64,000 nt of DNA from Geosiphon pyriformis uo1. Lineage: Eukaryota > Fungi > Glomeromycota. Below the pieces are notes generated by a model. It was not told the origin of the DNA, ran no database searches, and worked only from the letters and a program-made list of their open reading frames with translations. Both the position numbers and the translations under genes were made by a program. Every line of letters begins with the position of its first letter. Position 1 is the first letter of the stretch. This document shows, in pieces, positions 52,647 to 64,000 of this stretch. The stretch is taken from contig JAAOMT010000067.1 of the NCBI GenBank assembly GCA_016748015.1, forward strand, positions 1 to 64,000, written 5' to 3'.

Positions 52647-55600
52647 ATTCATTGGTCTTATTTTTTAACTTTTTAAGCCAATTTAATAATTTTGTTTTCA
52701 ATATGTTGTTAGTTTGACATCCATACTTAATTATCTTAATTATATTTAATTATGTATTAGCCATTTATATTTTATATATTTTTAACCAAATTCTTGATTT
52801 AATCAATGAATTTTTTGTTGAATAAAATATTAACTCTGTCACTAATTTGGTCATTGGCTCATTTTATTAAATATTTAAATAAGGCTTTCTAAATCTTAAT
52901 ATAATTTCATATATTTAAATTAGTTTATAAATTTTCATATTATTATTAAATTTAGCTTAAAAAATAAAGGATTTGCTTTTATAAATTATAATTTTATGAG
53001 TTAATGTAACAAATTAATAAAAATAAATAAAATTAATTTGGAATTCGCTTAAAATAAAAAGCATATTGAATTTTTATGTAATTTAATTGAAAAAACCATT
53101 TTAATTTTAAAATAACAAAAAAAATAAAAAAAAATAAAAATAGTTTGTAATTATCAATAAAATAATAACTTTATATTTCAATAAACAATTTTAAAATTCA
53201 ATGCAGCAAGTTTTTTTCTTTTTAAACTAATTCCAAAAAATACAAATAAAAAACAAATGGTTAAATTAATATTTAAAAATTGCTTTTTTAATTGAATTAC
53301 TTATATATTTAGTTTGCTTTTTTTTCTTTAAGTTCTTTATTTTATTTTATTTTTGTTAACTTGTTTTTAACTTAAAACAAAAATTTTATTTTTTGTAGTT
53401 GCTAGATTGAAAACTAATAAGTGTCATAAATTAAGTAACAATAGCAATGAAAATCAGCTTTATATTTTACTTTTTATTGTGAATAATCATATTAATCAAT
53501 ATTAAATTAAATAATTTCATATTTATTACTTAGTATTATAGACATATTTATAAAATCAAATTATAAAAAAACAATCTGATACACATTTTTATAAATAAAA
53601 AGTACAAAAAATTATATTTATAGATTACAATGCAATTATTAAGCTTATAATAATTGGTTTTAATAATTATTAAATTTTTCAAATAAAATTTCAAAAAATA
53701 AAGGTCAAATTCATTAAAAACATTTTAAATATCTTCAAATATAAAATCAATAAGCTTTACATGGTATAGAAATTATTTATGATATAATTTTAATTTATAT
53801 TATATATTAATTGTTTAATCAAATATTCATCCAGAATTATATAATAAAAAATCAAGAAAAAATAATTTTTAATAATTCAAAAATAGTTAACCATAAAACT
53901 TCTGAAATTCTGTTTTATAACAATCTCTACTTAATTAAAAGTGTAAAACATCAATAAGCAAAAGAAGTAATAAGTATATTTGTAATTAATTTATTATATA
54001 AAATAGAAATTTTATTAATATTTTATTTTATAACAATAGTATACGAATTAAAAGCATGTGATAATAATACCAAAATTGGAAACAAGAAAACTTGCTAAGT
54101 ATTTTTTTTATAATTCAAAAATTATTTTTTTAATAAATATGAATATCTTATAAATCAAAATTATATAACATCGATGCCAAAGCAATTTTAAACTAAAATT
54201 ATACTTTACAAAAATTTTTAATGTATAGTAAAATCTGCAAATTAAATTTTTAATAATTATTTTGTTTTAAATTGAATTGATATTAGAAATACTAGTTATA
54301 AAAATTCACTCATAAGAATTTTGAACATTTAAACAACTTTGAATTATAAATAACAAAGTTTTATACTGGGATCAAAATATAAAAATTCTTCATTAAAAAA
54401 ATTGTTAAAGTTTAATTATATAAATTTAAATTTAAATAATATACATATAAAATATAAATTTTAGCAATACACATTATTTAACAGATTTATTTAATTTTTT
54501 ATGATGTTTTCCTTTTATATTTTGTTATTATTAAAATTTTTCAAAAAAATAACTATCTGTTTCTGTGGCTCTAAATTTGCTAAAAATCAAAAACTGATTC
54601 TAGAAAAATAGTCGAAAATCATATAGTTTTTAACCATTTATCGTAATACATAAATTAAAAAAAAATATAACTTAATTACAAAAATTTTAACTTTTTATAC
54701 AATTTACTATAATTAGTTTATATACATATCAGCCTATTAAACCTGAAAACTATAAGAATTATTTTTACATTAATAAAATAATTTTATTAATAATAAAACT
54801 ACAAAAGAAAACAAATATCAATGTAATACCAAAACACTAATAATTTTAAATATTAGATTAGACTTTATAATCAAAGAAAGTAAAAAAAACATTTATTATA
54901 CTGAAGTAATATTGTTTATTATTATTATATTTAATATATAAAACTTTTTAGTATTTTGAAGAGTTTTTTATTGTATTTTTTAATTATTTTTAGCTATAAA
55001 ATATGAACATTATTTTCTTTTATGCTGTAATCATTTACATTATTCTGTTTAGTGTATTGGTTTTTTTTTACTATGAGATATAAACATCTATATTCTTAAT
55101 AATTAATCTTACTAAAAGTATTTAGCTTATTTTTTCATTTGTTTTATGATTTAAAGAATATGATTTTTATTTTTTATACTAATTATATTTAGTTATTTTA
55201 GAATAACTAAATCGAAAAAAAAAAATAATGAGTCATAAAAATCTACATAACTTTTTTAATTATCAAAAAAATTTCTTAATTAATAATAAAAATAATACTT
55301 TGTTTACAATTTATATTAAAACCATATTTAAAGACTATATAATAAAAACTTGGAAGATTAATTTCAAATTAATTATACTAAAAAAGTTTAATTAGTTTAT
55401 TTTTATATTTTTGTATTCATATAAAATACAAATAAATTATTAATAAGTTCTTTAAGCAAATTTTATTTTATATATAATTAATTATATTAAGAAAAAAATT
55501 ATATTGTTATGTTTAATATAATTTACTCTTGTTTTTTGCTTATTTAATAGCAAATTTATTATTAGTTAGCAATAACAAATTATTAATTCACAAATATAAA

Positions 55601-57719
55601 TATTTATAACCAGTATAAAATTACTGACATTTATTAATTTATAAACATAAACACTTATAATTAAAACAAAAATAAAATTTATTATTTGCTTAATATCTTC
55701 AAATCATTCTTGATCAACAAGTAATGAAAAGAAAATAAAACAAAAATTGTCTGTCTTTGGCTTAATTATGTTTTATTCGAGAGCCCTCTCAAGTTAATAA
55801 AATATTTTTTGCATTAATTCTATTGTCAAACTTTTTTAAATAGTTCATCTTATTTAAATCCGAATTGTAGCCAAGATCTCAAGGTTATATATTTTATTTT
55901 TAAATCCGACTTGATTAAGTAAAATTTTGGCGGATGAATTGGAAAGTATCTTTTATTATTTAGAATAGTCTTATTTCAATATCAAATTTTAATATAAGCA
56001 ATTTGAATGGTAAAACCATTTTTGAAATTGATTATTTATTAGAAGAAAAAAAAAGATAAAAAGACCAGCGAAAATTGAAAATTCAAGCACAAAGATATTT
56101 GAAGAAGGGAATTTTCATTTTAAATAGAATTGGTTGAAAACCTTTTTTTTGTTTCTTAATTAATTGCAACATTCTTAACGATATTAGATAAAATACGTAT
56201 GAATAATTTGTTTGTTTCTTCAGAAATTAGAAAGCCCTATCTGTTTATAATAAAAGATAGGTAAATCTTTTTCAAAGTAAAAAACCTTGCCAAGAATAAT
56301 AAATTACATAGAAATATATAAAATTTATTTTTTAATTATTTGCTTTAATTGAACTTTTAATTGATGTTTCCTTTTTCTTATTTTTTGAAAATTTATAAGG
56401 ATATTAACCATTTGCAAGTCTAGATAATTTTGTTATATAAGTATTACTTGAAAAAATAGAAACTAAATTGCCGCAATAATCTTTTAGATTTTAATGTTGG
56501 AAAATATAATTAAATACAGAAAATCCAAAAATTTATATGCTGTTTAAATTCTGAGTTAACATGTGTAGAAAAAAAGAGAAACTTAAATTTAATTAATTAA
56601 TATTTAATGTTGGCTACATTTGTTGGAGATCTTAAAACCATTTTAGATCAGATTATTTTATTTGACAATTGGATAAAAAAAATTACTAATAATCTTTTAT
56701 TTGATCAATTGTGATTTATCTAGGCGATACACATGCAATCATTCTATTTGAAATGTCAATGTTCTATTGAATTAGTTTTTTAAAGATTTGCATCTTCTAC
56801 AGAAATTATTAAAGACCTGGTTTGAAAATTTTGATTGGAATACATGTAATTTTAATTGTCTGATGGTTTTACTAGATTTTTTAAATCAGGCGGAAAAAAT
56901 AGATGAAAAAACAAAGTTAGTCTTTATTTTCTAGATAATTCGGTATTGAAATAAGTAATATTTTTCAATTCTTTTTTAATATAGAAATCAAAATCCTTTT
57001 TTTAAAGAATAAAAATCAAAATAAGAGAAACACCAAAGCACAGACTTGACTAATTTTAGAAAAACTTGAATGATGCTGGATCTAAAAAATTTTGAATTAA
57101 ATACAGTCATCATAAATGATAACTGATAATTTTCATTTTCTTATTGTTAATTCATCTGTTTCCAAACTTAAACATTTAGAGTGAAAGAAATTTGTGTAAG
57201 GTTAATAATCTCAGTATTTGTCTATTATCTTTGTTTTTTCTCATGAACTTATTTAGAGTTTACCATTAAAATTTTGAAATAGAATATTAATCTTATTAAT
57301 TATAATATGTTTAATTTATTATCTAATAATTTTTTGTTGTTGGGAAATCGATTTAATGCTGCTTTTTTTTACAACCTCTAAAGTGGGCGTTGAAAATTTT
57401 TATCCTGATAAAATTTCCTTCCCTTTTTTATATATGGTTGAATGCCTGGATAGCATTTTATCTTATTTTTATATCACATCTCAAAGATAAAATTCTCAAA
57501 TTTACATATTTCTAGCTGACAAATGGATCCAAAATTTTCAAAACAAAAAGATATATTGTCATGCAACATGTTTTACTTTGACACCAATATATGAAATTTG
57601 TTTAAAGAACAATTGACCTTTTTATTGCTTCAGGATAACCGGATTATAATATTGATGTCAGATAAGCAAAAGTATCCGATTCTTTGTAGAACAAATTTGG
57701 AGCTAAGATTTTCCAAGAT

Positions 57720-58270
57720 GAAAAATGACATCTTTGCTGATCATTCATACCTTTTATAGATTAATAGATCTTCTATATCAGGTATTTTATAATCATCAAG
57801 TTCTATGACCAAAAGCTGGTCGATATCGAATCATGGCCCTTAAACATTGTATAACTTGTAAAAAAAATTTCATCTAACCACCACTAATATAGAACGGGAA
57901 ATGAAAAACGAAAGTTTAACATTAGTATAGACCTATTCAACAACGTTTATGTGAAGGTAAAGCTAAATATAGCTAAGCTTTCCAAACCTTTACTCACTGA
58001 CAAACATAAAAAAATTGCTTGCGGTGGGCTAAAAATCATAAAGGTTTTGACTGGAATCGAGTTGTATTTTCAGACAACAGAACATTTCATCTAAACCACC
58101 CAACATTAAAAGTTTGACTGTTTTCTGGACGAAAAAAATTATTCCGGCCTATGAAATACTATTAAAGATCAACGTATAAAACTATTTTACAGCTTTGGGT
58201 TTGTAGCTGGCTAGCTTTTAACACAATCTCAATGCTAATCTTATCATTACAATATACAAACGATATATGT
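57720..58270 (+). mobile_element. Truncated Tc1-family transposase relic (HTH_Tnp_Tc3-like region and first Asp)
   Basis: Frameshifted SKPLLTDKHKK/LRWAKNHKGFDWNRVVFSD at ~57980-58076; boundaries approximate. Confidence 0.75.
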
Positions 58271-58479
58271 CTCTTATAAAACGAATTTAAATTTACAAAA
58301 ATTTATTTATTAGTTAAATTAAGATTTTATTTAGAGCTTTATTATTAGTTATTATTAAATTGCAAGTTTTATTATATAGTTCTTTAAATATTGTACATAA
58401 TAAAACATTACACAAATAAAGAAGGGCTAAAAACTTTTCAAAATTACTTTAATTGCTTTCAAGGTTTCAAGGACTTTTG

Positions 58480-61145
58480 TCATCTATAAAAAACATGTAT
58501 ATATGAGTATTGTCACATGATCAAGTTTGTATTTGCGATTAATCAAGAAGAAAAATGTGCACGCGATAGACCTTTAATAATCTGGTGTGCCGTAAGGGGT
58601 TTGTTGGAAACATTCCTCTTATATCGTTAAGAAGACCACGGCCAACTTCGTTGAACACCTGATAGACCTTCAATCATCTGGTGTGCCGCAAGGGGTTTGT
58701 TAGAAACATTCCTCTTCCATCGTTAAAAAGACCACGGCCGACTTTCCGGGCAGGAAGGGATGACAAAGGCCTTTTGCTGTAAATAAGTTATCTATAAAAA
58801 ACATGTATATATTAGTATTGTCACATGATCAAGTTTGTATTTGCGATTAATCAAGAAAAATGTGCACGCGATAGACCTTTAATAATCTGGTGTGCCGTAA
58901 GGGGTTTGTTGGAAACATCCCTCTTATATCGTTAAGAAGACCACGGCCGACTCTCATTGAACACCTGATAGACCTTCAATCATCTGGTGTGCCGCAAGGG
59001 GTTTGTTAGAAACATTCCTCTTCCATCGTTAAAAAGACCACGGCCGACTTTCCGGGCAGGAAGGGATGACAAAGGCCTTTTGCTGTAAATAAGTTATCTA
59101 TAAAAAACATGTATATATTAGTATTGTCACATGATCAAGTTTGTATTTGCGATTAATCAAGAAGAAAAATGTGCACGCGATAGTCCTTCAATCATCTGGT
59201 GTGCCGTATGGGTTTGTTGGAAACATCCCTCTTCTATCGTTAAGAAGACCACGGCCGACTCTCATTGGACACCTGATAGACCTTCAATCATCTGATGTGG
59301 TGCAAGGGGTTTGTAAAAACATTCCTCTTCCATCTTTAAGAAGACCACGGCCAACTTTCGCTGATCACCTGATAGATCTTCGATCTTCTGGTGTGCCGCA
59401 AGGAGTTTGTTAGAAACATTCCTTTTCTATTGTTAAGAAGACCACGGCCGACTCTCATTGGACACCTGATAGACCTTCAATCATCTGGCGTGCCGCAAGG
59501 GGTTTGTTGGAAACATTCCTCTTCTATCGCTAAAAAGACCACGGCCAACTTTCGCTGATCACCCAATAGATCTTCGATCTTCTGGTGTGCCGCAAGGGGT
59601 TTGTTGTAAACATTCCTCTTCAATCGATAAGAAGACCACGGCCAACTTTCGCTGATCACCCGATAGACCTTCAATCATCTGGCGTGCCGCAAGGGGTTTG
59701 TTGGAAACATTCCTCTTCTATCGTTAAGAAGACCACGGCCAACTTTCGCTGATCACCTGATAGATCTTCGATCTTCTGGTGTGCCGCAAGGGGTTTGTTG
59801 TAAACATTCCTCTTCAATCGATAAGAAGACCACGGCCAACTTTCGCTGATCACCCGATAGATTTTCAATCTCTGGCGTGCCGCAAGGGGTTTGTTGGAAA
59901 CATTCCTCTTCTATCGCTAAGAAGACCNNNNNNNNNNNNNNNNNNNNNNNNNNNNNNNNNNNNNNNNNNNNNNNNNNNNNNNNNNNNNNNNNNNNNNNNN
60001 NNNNNNNNNNNNNNNNNNNNNNNNNNNNNNNNNNNNNNNNNNNNNNNNNNNNNNNNNNNNNNNNNNNNNNNNNNNNNNNNNNNNNNNNNNNNNNNNNNNN
60101 NNNNNNNNNNNNNNNNNNNNNNNNNNNNNNNNNNNNNNNNNNNNNNNNNNNNNNNNNNNNNNNNNNNNNNNNNNNNNNNNNNNNNNNNNNNNNNNNNNNN
60201 NNNNNNNNNNNNNNNNNNNNNNNNNNNNNNNNNNNNNNNNNNNNNNNNNNNNNNNNNNNNNNNNNNNNNNNNNNNNNNNNNNNNNNNNNNNNNNNNNNNN
60301 NNNNNNNNNNNNNNNNNNNNNNNNNNNNNNNNNNNNNNNNNNNNNNNNNNNNNNNNNNNNNNNNNNNNNNNNNNNNNNNNNNNNNNNNNNNNNNNNNNNN
60401 NNNNNNNNNNNNNNNNNNNNNNNNNNNNNNNNNNNNNNNNNNNNNNNNNNNNNNNNNNNNNNNNNNNNNNNNNNNNNNNNNNNNNNNNNNNNNNNNNNNN
60501 NNNNNNNNNNNNNNNNNNNNNNNNNNNNNNNNNNNNNNNNNNNNNNNNNNNNNNNNNNNNNNNNNNNNNNNNNNNNNNNNNNNNNNNNNNNNNNNNNNNN
60601 NNNNNNNNNNNNNNNNNNNNNNNNNNNNNNNNNNNNNNNNNNNNNNNNNNNNNNNNNNNNNNNNNNNNNCCCGATAGATTTAAATCATCTGGCGTGCCGC
60701 AAGGGGTTTGTTGGAAACATTCCTCTTCTATCGCTAAGAAGACCACGGCCAACTTTCGCTGATCACCCGATAGATCTTCGATCTTCTGGTGTGCCGCAAG
60801 GGGTTTGTTGTAAACATTCCTCTTCAATCGATAAGAAGACCACGGTTAACTTCGTTGATCACCTGATAGACCTTCAATTATCTGGTGTGCCGCAAGGGGT
60901 TTGTTAGAAACATTCCTTTTCTATTGTTAAGAAGACCACGGCCAACTTTCGTTGAACATCTGATAGACCTTCCAGCGAAACTCACCTTGAAAAAGTTACA
61001 TAACAAAGAGAGAGAGGAAGGACAGGAAGGGAGGACGAATGGCTTTTGATGTAAATAAGTCATCTATAAAAAAGATGTATATGAGTATTGTCACATGATC
61101 AAGTTTGTATTTGTGATTAATCAAAAAGAAAAATGTGCACGCGAC
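58480..61145. repeat. Higher-order tandem array of a 96-97-bp GC-balanced unit with interspersed spacer modules
   Basis: Unit anchor ctggYgtgccg at 58582, 58678, 58887, 58984, 59196, 59292 (degenerate), 59388, 59485, 59582, 59679, 59776, 59872, [gap], 60689, 60786, 60882; module tctataaaaaa.atgtat..agtattgtcacatgatcaagtttgtatttg with GTCACATG at 58512, 58820, 59126, 61090. Confidence 0.95.
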
Positions 61146-61254
61146 AAGTCCAAGATAATTATAGAGAATAATTATCTTAAAAAATCGCCCGAAAAAATTT
61201 TTAATGTTTAAACTTTTTAACAAGTACAATACCCAGCGAAACTCACCTTATATA

Positions 61255-61575
61255 GGAACGAAGAGAGAGAAAAGGACAGGAAGGGAGAACAAAAAAAAAG
61301 AAAAAAAGAGAGAATGGAAGAAACGGAGGACGAAAAAAAGGAAGCGAAAGAATGAAGGAAGGGAAGCGATAAAGAAAGAAGGAGAAGGGAAGCGATAAAG
61401 AAAGGAAGAGAAGGAAGGGAAGCGATAAAGAAAGGAAGAGAAGGAAGGAAAGCGATAAAGAAAGGAAGAGAAGAAAGGGAGGTGATAAAGGAAGGAAAGG
61501 AAGGAAGGTAAGCGAAGTGATAAAGAAATGAAGAGAAGCAATAAGGGGAAGGAATGGAACGATAAAGGAAGCAAG
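61255..61575. repeat. Polypurine tract with ~30-bp unit (gggaagcgataaagaaaggaagagaaggaa)
   Basis: Almost exclusively A/G on the + strand; aagcgataaag recurs at 26-30-bp spacing. Confidence 0.9.
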
Positions 61576-61720
61576 GGCTCTTTTTATATAAAAAATTTTT
61601 CGAATTATTAGGTCATTCGTTATAAACATAGCCCTGCCTTCGAAATGATGTAATTTTTAGAACAGCAGCTCATCTTAACCAAAAAAGGATTTGTTGTTTT
61701 GATCAAAAATATTTTTGATT

Positions 61721-62140
61721 ACTATTTTTTTTATGAGCGAAGATAAAGTGGAAGATAGAAAATGTCTATCAATATCTATCTCATGTTAGCTGTGCCAGGT
61801 TCACACAAAACCACATGGGCGTAAAGCACAAACTCCGAACTCTTAAAATTTTTTTAAGCACTAATTTTTTTTATGAGCGAAGATAAAGTGGAAGATAGAA
61901 AATGTCTATCAATATTTATTTCATGTTAGCTGTGCCAGGTTCACACAAAACTACATTGGCGTAAAGTACAAACTCCGAACCCTTAAAATTTTTTTAAGCA
62001 CTAATTTTTTTTATGAGCGAAGATAAAGTGGAAGATAGAAAATGTCTATCAAGATCTATCTCATGTTAGCGGTGCCAGGTTCACAGAAAACTACATGGGC
62101 GTAAAGCACAAACTCCGAACCTTTAAAATTTTCCTAAGCG
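61721..62140. repeat. 140-bp tandem repeat, 3 copies
   Basis: ttatgagcgaagataaagtggaagatagaaaatgtctatcaa starts at 61731, 61871 and 62011. Confidence 0.95.
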
Positions 62141-62467
62141 AGGAATTTTTTTTGTCATCTCCCTGCCATATTCCTGTTATCATCATTATTGTTTCGAATC
62201 TTAATTACAGAACTCATGTGTCAATATTTGTAAATATGGAGGGTACTATAGGAAGGGGATACTATAGGCAGTTCTCGTAAAGATGACAGGTATTATGATT
62301 CTTTTTTTTTTCTTGAAGCTGAAAATTCTAGCAATTTCTCTGGCTAGCAAAGGTTTTTAGGAGTTTAGAATTGATTAAAAACTTAATTAAATTTGGATTT
62401 ATAATACTAATTAAATACTGTAACTATTACTTTAAAATCTTTACTAAAAGAAAAAAAGAATGAAAAA

Positions 62468-62970
62468 TGGAAAAAATCAGATTTTTATGTAGTTCGAAAT
62501 GTCAAAGAGCAAATTTTCTCACAAAATCAAACTCTTGAAGACATTTTTCAACTTGTTTCTAAGAAAATTCATCAGCCAAAATTGGTTCGTCTGCTTAGGT
62601 ATCTTTATAACTACGAATTGGGTGTAATATGTGATAATAGCAAGCCTTTAATTTCTAACAAAAAAGCACTGAAACTGGTTATTCATTAGGTCAATCTCGA
62701 TATGGGTATTGTTATATTGCCTTGGTTGGAACCAGTCAAGATAAGCACCAAGCTTTTGTCTGATTCAAAAAAGCAGCCAAGACTTGTAATATTGTAGTCC
62801 ATATTAATCTTGCCAGTTGCTATAAACAGTGACGAAGAATTAATGCGAATAGTCTAAAGGCATTCTATTGGTATCAGAAGGCAGCCGCAGTTGGGGATCT
62901 CGGATTACAGTTTGAACTTACTAGCTTTTATTCCATTGGATATGATGTAAGAAAGATTCTAAAGTGACAT
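62468..62970 (+). pseudogene. Degenerate Sel1-repeat gene
   Basis: Fragments QNQTLEDIFQL..LLRYLYNYELGV, GTSQDKHQAFV*FKKAA, INLASCYKQ*, KAFYWYQKAAAVG, with stops and frameshifts. Confidence 0.7.
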
Positions 62971-63059
62971 TTCTAAACCTCAAATGGGATTTGTTTACAT
63001 TAAAACTCGAAGTTCGTATTTCTATCAAACTATCATTATTAAATTATAAGTAATTCAAT

Positions 63060-63290
63060 ATTAAACTTCAATAAAGCCTTAAAACTCTCTCTTTCCAATT
63101 GAATGCCATTGCTTGATTTAGCGACTCCCTATTCTACAATTTTCTCTATATTTTACTTTCATTCACATTTAAGTCATCCCGGGATAAAAGCAAAGAAAAA
63201 GCATTTTATTAAAGGAAGTAAAATTTCGAGAGTTAAAGACTAGAGCTACATTATTAAAAGCTATTTCATTGCAGAAATTTTGTGGCAATA
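63060..63290 (-). pseudogene. Fragment of a BTB-BACK gene paralogous to 35161-36519
   Basis: QNFCNEIAFNN..VFNSRNFTSFNK and DDLNVNESKI*/KIVE*GVAKSSNGIQLE align to QKFCTEITVNNPAAVFNSQDFISLNK and DDINMEESKIWEKIIEWGVAKLSNDIQLE. Confidence 0.75.
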
Positions 63291-63959
63291 CATCATCAAG
63301 GCCTAATTTACATAAGTTGTGATTTACCTGCTTAAATAATTTATTTTTCAACCAGTTATTTTTGTAATTTATATATAGTAGATTTTGTAATTGAATTATT
63401 CGATTCATTAATAAAGTAAACGCTTCAAAAAGTAATAAAGTTAATAAAGTCAGAATATAATTTTACGCACTTTCTAAAAACTTAAATTTATATTAAATCT
63501 GCTACAGTATATTTCAAATTAATGTGGTATATTATTAATTATCCATTTATAGACTAACAAATTTTTTAATTCTAAACATAATTTTTTTTGAATCATAATT
63601 TAGATTTTTGCATTTATTTAACTTTCTTGAGAATTTCTTTACTTTAATGTAATATAAAAATTATTATTAAATTTTAAAATTAAAATGTAAAAATCACTTT
63701 TAAGTATATATATAATTTATTTTAAAATATATAGAAATGAATATAAATATGGAACAGTCAATATAATTTAGAAAAAATATATATCTTATGAAAAGATTGC
63801 TATTAAATTTATTAAGAGTCATTTAAATAATAACCATTAAATAATTATATTTAATTATATTCTCAATTTTATTAAATTCTTGCTGTCAAGGAGATACACA
63901 AGTTCTTTGAAATCTATAAACTAGAATTTATAGAGTAAATTAAGATTATATAATAAGTG

Positions 63960-64000
<41 letters not shown>

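Noticed and set aside
55700-57100. Coding-like composition suggesting another pseudogene (also 28800-29100 and 48480-49330)
   Set aside because: No sustained reading frame or recognisable motif.
58480-60960. ORFs through the 97-bp array; CRISPR or hammerhead-ribozyme reading of the unit
   Set aside because: The unit is not a multiple of 3 and the long ORFs are gap artefacts; there are no unique spacers; no exact CUGANGA/GAAA core with supporting stems was found by eye.
61204-61629. Lys/Arg-rich and Phe/Leu/Ser-rich ORFs
   Set aside because: By-products of the polypurine repeat.

Overview
Very AT-rich, intron-containing eukaryotic DNA. The gene-family mix (Sel1-repeat/TKL kinase, BTB-BACK-TLDc, 'EDxPQ' multi-TM family, Argonaute, Tc1/mariner) points to an arbuscular mycorrhizal fungus (Glomeromycota); this assignment is inference. 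Apparently intact genes: TRM6/GCD10 (11 exons), a secreted class-3 lipase homologue lacking its catalytic Ser, a secreted 16-Cys thaumatin-like protein, an intronless Argonaute with an intact DEDH tetrad but remodelled guide-binding and catalytic loops, and a PY-motif membrane protein. The rest is a graveyard of pseudogenes (Sel1-kinase, multi-TM family, BTB-TLDc, inverted paralog of the PY protein, Sel1 and BACK relics), one TIR-bounded Tc1 plus two Tc1 relics, a long inverted repeat, microsatellites, and a composite tandem-repeat block (97-, ~307-, 30- and 140-bp units) at 58.5-62.1 kb. Two assembly gaps (33624-34027, 59928-60669). Exon structures were read by eye from GT-AG sites and reading-frame continuity; no database search was run.
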